From positions 5,041,894-5,053,374 of the forward strand of contig CM119271.1 in NCBI GenBank assembly GCA_051294375.1: 11,481 nucleotides of DNA, given 5' to 3'. Source of the stretch: Paraspadella gotoi. Lineage: Eukaryota; Animalia; Chaetognatha. The notes beneath the pieces were generated by a model that made no database searches, was not told where the DNA came from, and saw nothing but the letters and a program-made list of their open reading frames with translations. This document shows, piece after piece, positions 1 through 6,200 of this stretch. Each line of letters opens with the position of its first letter. Positions within the stretch are counted from its first letter, which is position 1. The translations under genes were made by a program, and so were the position numbers.

Positions 1-40
1 AAATTCGTTCAAAACTATTGACCACTCTCAATCCTCACAG

Positions 41-344
41 GTTTCCGACTTCAAGTATTTCGTCAAGCGATTCGCGGACTTGATGCGCTACGAGCTGACC
101 CACATGCTGCCTTTGATCCGCGGAGGGTCGACGGATGAGAGCGCTTTGTCAGGTCTGCTGCAGAAGAAGGAGTCGTCCATTTACAGCAGAAAGTTGCTGC
201 GAAAGTGGATCGACGAGATGGGTCAGGAGGTCAAAGTGCTGCGCAACAACATCGGGATGCCCAACAACTGCGCGAATCGGGGAGAGTTCTTCTCGATGCT
301 GCTGAACGATGTCAGATACACTCTAGCCTTCACTATGAAGTTGG
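41..344 (+). CDS. Gene 1 exon: SNTX helical (FAT-like) domain into thioredoxin-like domain
   Basis: Acceptor ctcacag|41 and donor ttgg|gtaag at 345. Translation VSDFKYFVKRF...LPLIRGG...YTLAFTMKL; LPxIRGG is characteristic of stonustoxin-family helical domains. Confidence 0.9.
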
Positions 345-3034
345 GTAAGGAGAAAAGGAATGGAAATATATACACGCATTTCTTTAATTATTTAAAATTC
401 GTTTTAGAGATAAAGAAATTTTAAAAAAATGTCATGACGTCATCACTTGTCACATCATTTAACATTTAACATGAAATGTTAAAACTTCCAGTTGCGATGA
501 CATTGCACGTTATCACTTAAAACTGACGGCATCGCTTGCAACAAAGGGAAGTGAGGCTTTAATAACGGACTTGATGACGTCATAATTCGAAGTGAGGGGC
601 CACAGCGGTTTTTTTATAATTATTAATTTTTAATTCTGTCTCATCACCGACGAAGCTACGAAAGACAACGAAGTGTTAAAGATGATGGGCGATTACCTCA
701 AGAGCGGCGTCGTGAAAGAAGGTCCAGAATTTGACCAGAGTACGCGGTCTCATTGGTGGGAGAATATGAAGTAAGTGCGGGAACCGGGGTTATTGGTAAA
801 TTATAGTAGTTTATATTTTTACAGGTAATTTAAGATTTTTATAGTTATAAAGTGCAGCTGACCAAATGCGGAAAAAAATATGAAATTTAATATTAACGAT
901 TAATTATTAAATAGACTAAAAATAAAAGAGCGAGGCAGAAATAGAGAGGCAAGGACAGAGGAGAGCAGATGAACAGATGGTTATGCAAATGAAATGTCGT
1001 ATTAGAAGACGATATTCGAACAAACATCATTTCTAAAAATAGATTCGCAGCGGAACTGAAACAAAAGCGCAGCGGATTCCTCCAGTTTTACCTCAACGAG
1101 AAGAGAGGCGTCGCCGAGGGTGTCGGCCCTTCCCTCGTGCAGTTCGTCGTCAGAGAAGAGCCATTGGAGCCGGGCGCGGAAGCGGAGGTCAATCTGGAGC
1201 TCTTCGAGGACGCCCGACTGATCGACGGAGATTTCGAGATTCCCTCTGAACCGGGGAAGCCCGTGGCGAAGGGGACCACGGCGGAGACGGTGACGCTGAC
1301 GTGGGACGAACCTAAGAGAGGGTTGGAGAATTTGCGAGGGTACAGGGTGCAGGCGAGTTGAATGGAAGGAGGATGGNNNNNNNNNNNNNNNNNNNNNNNN
1401 NNNNNNNNNNNNNNNNNNNNNNNNNNNNNNNNNNNNNNNNNNNNNNNNNNNNNNNNNNNNNNNNNNNNNNNNNNNNNNNNNNNNNNNNNNNNNNNNNNNN
1501 NNNNNNNNNNNNNNNNNNNNNNNNNNNNNNNNNNNNNNNNNNNNNNNNNNNNNNNNNNNNNNNNNNNNNNNNNNNNNNNNNNNNNNNNNNNNNNNNNNNN
1601 NNNNNNNNNNNNNNNNNNNNNNNNNNNNNNNNNNNNNNNNNNNNNNNNNNNNNNNNNNNNNNNNNNNNNNNNNNNNNNNNNNNNNNNNNNNNNNNNNNNN
1701 NNNNNNNNNNNNNNNNNNNNNNNNNNNNNNNNNNNNNNNNNNNNNNNNNNNNNNNNNNNNNNNNNNNNNNNNNNNNNNNNNNNNNNNNNNNNNNNNNNNN
1801 NNNNNNNNNNNNNNNNNNNNNNNNNNNNNNNNNNNNNNNNNNNNNNNNNNNNNNNNNNNNNNNNNNNNNNNNNNNNNNNNNNNNNNNNNNNNNNNNNNNN
1901 NNNNNNNNNNNNNNNNNNNNNNNNNNNNNNNNNNNNNNNNNNNNNNNNNNNNNNNNNNNNNNNNNNNNNNNNNNNNNNNNNNNNNNNNNNNNNNNNNNNN
2001 NNNNNNNNNNNNNNNNNNNNNNNNNNNNNNNNNNNNNNNNNNNNNNNNNNNNNNNNNNNNNNNNNNNNNNNNNNNNNNNNNNNGACACCTCTTGCACCGA
2101 AACAGTCTGTCGACTAAAGACGACTTCGTCCATCGCCAACTCCGTCGTCGTTTCCGGCCTCAGTCCCGGCCACGCCTACTTTTTTCGTATCACCGCCGAG
2201 TCCGCCTTCGGTCGCGCCGCCGAGAGCCCGCGGTCCGAGGTCGTCGTCACGGCTGGATGCCCGGCCGGCTCGCGCCACGTCGGCTCTCACACCTGCGCCC
2301 CCTGTCCGGCCGGGAGTTTTTCGGCCGAGTCGGGCCGATCTCAGTGCGACCCTTGTCCAGCGGGAACGTTTCGAGAGACGGAGGGCGCCACCTCGTGCCA
2401 AAAATGTCCGGCTGGGAAATACAATCTCGTCCGTGGTTCTCAATCCTTTCGNNNNNNNNNNNNNNNNNNNNNNNNNNNNNNNNNNNNNNNNNNNNNNNNN
2501 NNNNNNNNNNNNNNNNNNNNNNNNNNNNNNNNNNNNNNNNNNNNNNNNNNNNNNNNNNNNNNNNNNNNNNNNNNNNNNNNNNNNNNNNNNNNNNNNNNNN
2601 NNNNNNNNNNNNNNNNNNNNNNTTATGGCCCGGTGGTCAAAGCGGTGAGGTGCCAGCCGTGCCCGGCGGGCACGTCGACGATCCGCCCGGGCGCCGTCAA
2701 CGTCAGCAGCTGCAGCGGCGGAGCGGTGGACAAGAGTCTGGACGATCTCTTCGNNNNNNNNNNCGAACCATAAAGGATTCGAGGAAAGTGTTAGTTTTAA
2801 ATTTTACTTAAAATTTAATTTCTATTAACATTAACTAACTATTTTAATACAGTGGATCGATGGGAAGAGAGTTTGCCTGCAAATTGTCGCCCCGCTTGGA
2901 GAAAATATAACCCACCGGGGAAAGGGAAATGTGCTTGCTAAATTTTAATCTTGAAACATAAAACCGACTTCAATTGTTTTATACCGAACTGCAGAGAACA
3001 TGCTTATTTTCCGTATTGTGCCCCCATGTTTTAA
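41..3034 (+). CDS. Gene 1: stonustoxin-like protein with FN3, Cys-rich repeats and C-type lectin-like domain; 5'-truncated by the window, partly in N gaps. Exons 41-344, 656-770, 1043-1352, <2084->2753, <2764-2783, 2853-3034
   Basis: Spliced translation is colinear with gene 2. Exon 41-344 is 54/101 aa identical by hand count. Phases at 344/656 and 770/1043 are compatible and give ungapped junctions (TMKL-A-TKDN vs TMTLDTKEN; WWENM-K-FAAELK vs WWENNTTVVEMK). Last exon contains frameshifts. Confidence 0.88.
656..770 (+). CDS. Gene 1 exon (absent from the ORF track): SNTX thioredoxin-like region
   Basis: cgaag|ct...atgaa|gtaagt. (A)TKDNEVLKMMGDYLKSGVVKEGPEFDQSTRSHWWENM aligns without gaps to gene 2 DTKENRFLTMMKDYLNRDRLVEGPEYERNAISKWWENN. 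Confidence 0.88.
1043..1352 (+). CDS. Gene 1 exon: end of thioredoxin-like domain and start of FN3
   Basis: Acceptor aaatag|1043. FAAELKQKR...QFVVREE...LELFEDA...FEIPSEPGKP...LTWDEPK...YRVQ matches gene 2 QFVVREE...LELYEDA...FQIPSEPSKP...LGWRQP. The 3' end is best placed at CAG|GCGAGT (GC donor). Confidence 0.85.
1377..2083. other. Assembly gap or masked run (N). Other N runs: 2452-2622, 2754-2763, 7662-7785, 8737-8953, 9405-9568, 9722-9990, 10259-10461
   Basis: Runs of N in the sequence. Confidence 0.99.
2084..2753 (+). CDS. Gene 1 exon(s): FN3 C-terminal half plus Cys-rich (ephrin-receptor-like/GCC2-GCC3) repeats; flanked and interrupted by N gaps
   Basis: GLSPGHAYFFRITAESAFG is the FN3 LxPxxxYxFxVxA motif. 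It is followed by five visible CPAG(S/T/K) units and ends DKSLDDLF, matching gene 2 DTRLDDVV. Confidence 0.88.
2764..3034 (+). CDS. Gene 1 terminal C-type lectin-like exons (<2764-2783 and 2853-3034), frameshifted
   Basis: NHKGFE | 69-nt intron with ctaac branch point and tacag acceptor | WIDGKRV mirrors gene 2 NTEGFE|WVDGT. Other frames give AWRKYNPPGKGKC and NCREHAYFPYCAPMF* (compare SCNKHFAPICEFF*). Confidence 0.7.
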
Positions 3035-3167
3035 AAATTCCATTAAACACTTTAGCCATTTGTTAGTACGATTAAACAAGGGGAAAAAACAATGAGACAA
3101 AGGTCTGTATATACAACTTTGAAATAAAATTTTTGTCCTTAGATTTTAGTTTCTCTTAACCGTTAGC

Positions 3168-3250
3168 ATGATGGGCAATCTTTAACACAATATATCTGGT
3201 AATATGGTCAATTTTGTATAGCTCTGGCCTTCTTTCCGCTGAAACATCAG
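3168..3250 (+). CDS. Gene 2 putative exon 1, signal-peptide-like
   Basis: Frame AIFNTIYLVIWSILYSSGLLSAETS(G) ends at a strong donor TCAG|GTAAG in phase with exon 2. ATG 3168/3171 joins this frame only if one G of atggg is removed. Confidence 0.5.
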
Positions 3251-6200
3251 GTAAGAAAGAAAAATTATCGTTTTATAAATCCAAACAGCAATCTGATTTA
3301 TTTTAAAATTTCAGGAGAAATATCGAAGCAAAACTGGAAAGAATTCAAGCGCTCAGGGCGCCATTTTCGTCTCGGTAATAAGATCAATACAGATCCGACC
3401 ATGGAACTAAATCTTAAAATAATTGAATTCTTCTAGGGGACTTATATGATGCCAAAACTGATACGATTCTTAAAGGTATTTACGGTATTTCTGAGAAATG
3501 AAATGATAAACCTTTTTGATAAAAAAATAATTTTTTCTTTCAGGCCCGAAATTGTGGAAAGATTCTCGATTGAACGATTTCGTGCAAACTCCTTCACCAA
3601 AGACGAATTTCGAAGTTTCATCTTCAGATCGACTCGACGAAAAATCGAGCGAAATGGACATTGAGGCTAATCTTAAGGTGTACTTGTTGTTGTAGCGTAG
3701 TAGTCAATATTTACAATCAATTAATTGATAACTAATCTTATCTAGTCTTAGATAAGGCAACATATAAATATCTCTCCATCGGAGTCTCCAATAACTCCCT
3801 ATTCTCCAGCTGTCCTTCCTCTCCGGTCTGGTCCAAGTGTCTGGGAGCGCCAAATACCTCGACAACCGGAAGACCTCCAGCTACCAAGCCCGCGTCAGCC
3901 TCTCCTACATCTCCAACACCTTCAACCGCGCCCTCAAAGGCGACGTCTACACGAGTATCGACTATCCCCAAATCCTAGACAAAATGAAAGACGCGACCCA
4001 CGTTGTGACGGCCATCACTTACGGCGCCGGCGCCGTCTTCGTCTTCGACAAGTTCGTCGACTCGAGCGCCACCGTCAAACGGGTCGAAGGCGCCATGTCC
4101 GTTGCCGTCAAGTCGCTTCCGGGCGTCCAGATTTCCGGAGATGGTCTCGTGGAGATCGACGAAGAATTAAAACGCGAAACGGAGGAATTCAGTTGCAAGT
4201 TTTTCGGCGATGTCGTGTTGAAGGAACATCCCAGTTCTTACGTCGAGGCTGTCAGAGTTTACAAGAACATCACCGGACTCCTGGGTCCGGACTATGCCTT
4301 CTCCGTGCCAATGGAAGTCTGGCTCTATCCCATCCACCTGCTGCCGATGGACAAGGCCACGATCATGCTGCGTCAAGTGAGGGAAGATGCGATCGTTCAA
4401 GTCACCAAATCGATCGAGGATTTGCACGATTTCGAACAAAAGGCCAACGATTTGACGAAGAATCCGGCGGCGAGAAATCACAAACGAATCCGGGATCAAC
4501 TGGTGGATTTCAAATATTTCCTCTCCAGATTTTTGGGAATTTTCAAGGACGAGATGAGAAAGCTGCTGCCGAGGATTAGAGGGGGAAAAGAGGACCAATC
4601 GGCGTTGCTGAATTTGTTGGAAAAAAAGGAAAACTCCTTATATGGGCAGAGATCCCTCGCCGCTTGGATGGAGGACGTCGATCGGGAAGTTCAGGTTTTG
4701 CGTAACAACGACGAAATGCCGAATTTCTGTCGAGATCGAGCGGATTTTATTTCGATGTTGTTCAACGACGTGAAATACACTTTGGCTTTCACGATGACGC
4801 TCGATACGAAAGAGAATCGGTTTTTAACGATGATGAAAGATTATTTGAATCGGGATCGATTGGTCGAAGGGCCGGAGTACGAGAGAAATGCGATTTCGAA
4901 ATGGTGGGAGAATAACACTACGGTTGTGGAGATGAAGAGAAAGCGTTGCAGCTTCATGGAGCTCCATGAATTCGTCAGGGATAATAACTTCCAAGGGTTT
5001 GCCCCGATACAATTCGTGGTGAGGGAAGAAATAATGAAAAAACCGACGACTCCAGAAATCAGATTGGAATTGTACGAGGATGCTTTTCTTATATCTCAAG
5101 ATTTTCAAATTCCTAGTGAACCAAGCAAACCTGTACCTTTAAAAGTTACTCATAATACAATAGAATTAGGCTGGCGACAGCCCCAAAATGGCGTCGTTAA
5201 TATCGACTATTACAACGTTGCAGTTTATTACTACAACAGAGAGAAAGTTAATGAAACAAACTGCGATGAAGATAAATGTAAATTAATTGAATTAAAATCC
5301 CTGACGAATACCACTTTAATAACAAACTTGCAGCCAAGTAAGACGTATTTCTTCACAGTCTCAGCTTACTGCATGTTCGGTAAGGCCTCGGAAAGCTTAA
5401 CGAGCGACGACGTTATCACTAGCGGTTGTCCTCCCGGCACTTATCACAAAACCACCCACGCCTGCAGCCCATGTAGACCAGGCACATTTTCCAACGCCGA
5501 AGAAAAGGCGAGCTGCGATCCATGTCCTCAAGGAACCTTCGAAGAAGCTTACGGCAGCCGTTCGTGCGAGCAATGCCCCTCGGGAACCTACAATGCCGAC
5601 TTGGGCGCGACCTCCTTGGAAAACTGCGTCCGCTGCCCGAAAGGAACCTACGGCGTCTCCACCGGGTCCCCATCCAAATCCCGATGCCGGAGATGCCCTG
5701 CCGGAACCTTCAACGCTTTCGAGGGTCAGTCTGCCGCTTCCGCTTGCGTGAAATGCTTCGTGGGATTCTTCAATCCGGATCAGGGTCAGCCGAGATGCCG
5801 GCTTTGTCCACCCGGAACCACCACCGATGGAACCGGCGCCGTTTTTCAGTCTCAATGCGGCGTCGGGAAAATCGACACGCGACTCGACGATGTCGTTAAG
5901 AGCGTAGAGATTATGAAGGCGTCGGTTAACAAAACTCGGCTAGGTCTGTAAATATGTAAACAAGGTTTTAATATATTCAATATTTTATTTTATTTGTTTA
6001 ACCAATAAACTTGCAATAATACTAGTAAAATTTTATTGATGTTAATATAAGTCTTATAAGATTAGTACAACCAATACAAAAAATTATTCATTCATTATTT
6101 ATTTATTCGGGTTTATTTCGATTTTTTTTCTTTGTTTTTTGTTTTGTTTGTATTTTTTCAACGATATCTTTTTCTTTATCCTGTAACTTTATTCCTTGTC

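Noticed and set aside
345-424. C-terminal tail of the 80..424 ORF (KEKRNGNIYTHFF...)
   Set aside because: Intron read-through after the GTAAG donor; homology resumes at 656.
3446-3664. 72-aa + ORF and 63-aa - ORF
   Set aside because: Wrong frames across exons 3-4 and the intron between them; the spliced frame carries the SNTX motifs.
5427-5858. Ephrin receptor, TNF receptor, SCUBE or SVEP1 identity suggested by FN3 plus Cys repeats
   Set aside because: No transmembrane, kinase, CUB, sushi or EGF domains; the N-terminal half is stonustoxin-like.
3738-5899. Overlapping and antisense ORFs (3738-3971, 4167-4598, 4193-4579, 4824-5108, 5397-5855, 5419-5673, 5522-5899; likewise 1088-1279, 2092-2811, 2114-2443)
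   Set aside because: Shadow frames of GC-rich coding exons with no recognisable motifs.
3837-5951. 704-aa ORF as a complete intronless (prokaryote-style) gene starting at GTG
   Set aside because: Homology continues upstream through the 3810 acceptor and four spliced exons, and downstream into CTLD exons. The GTG is an internal Val.
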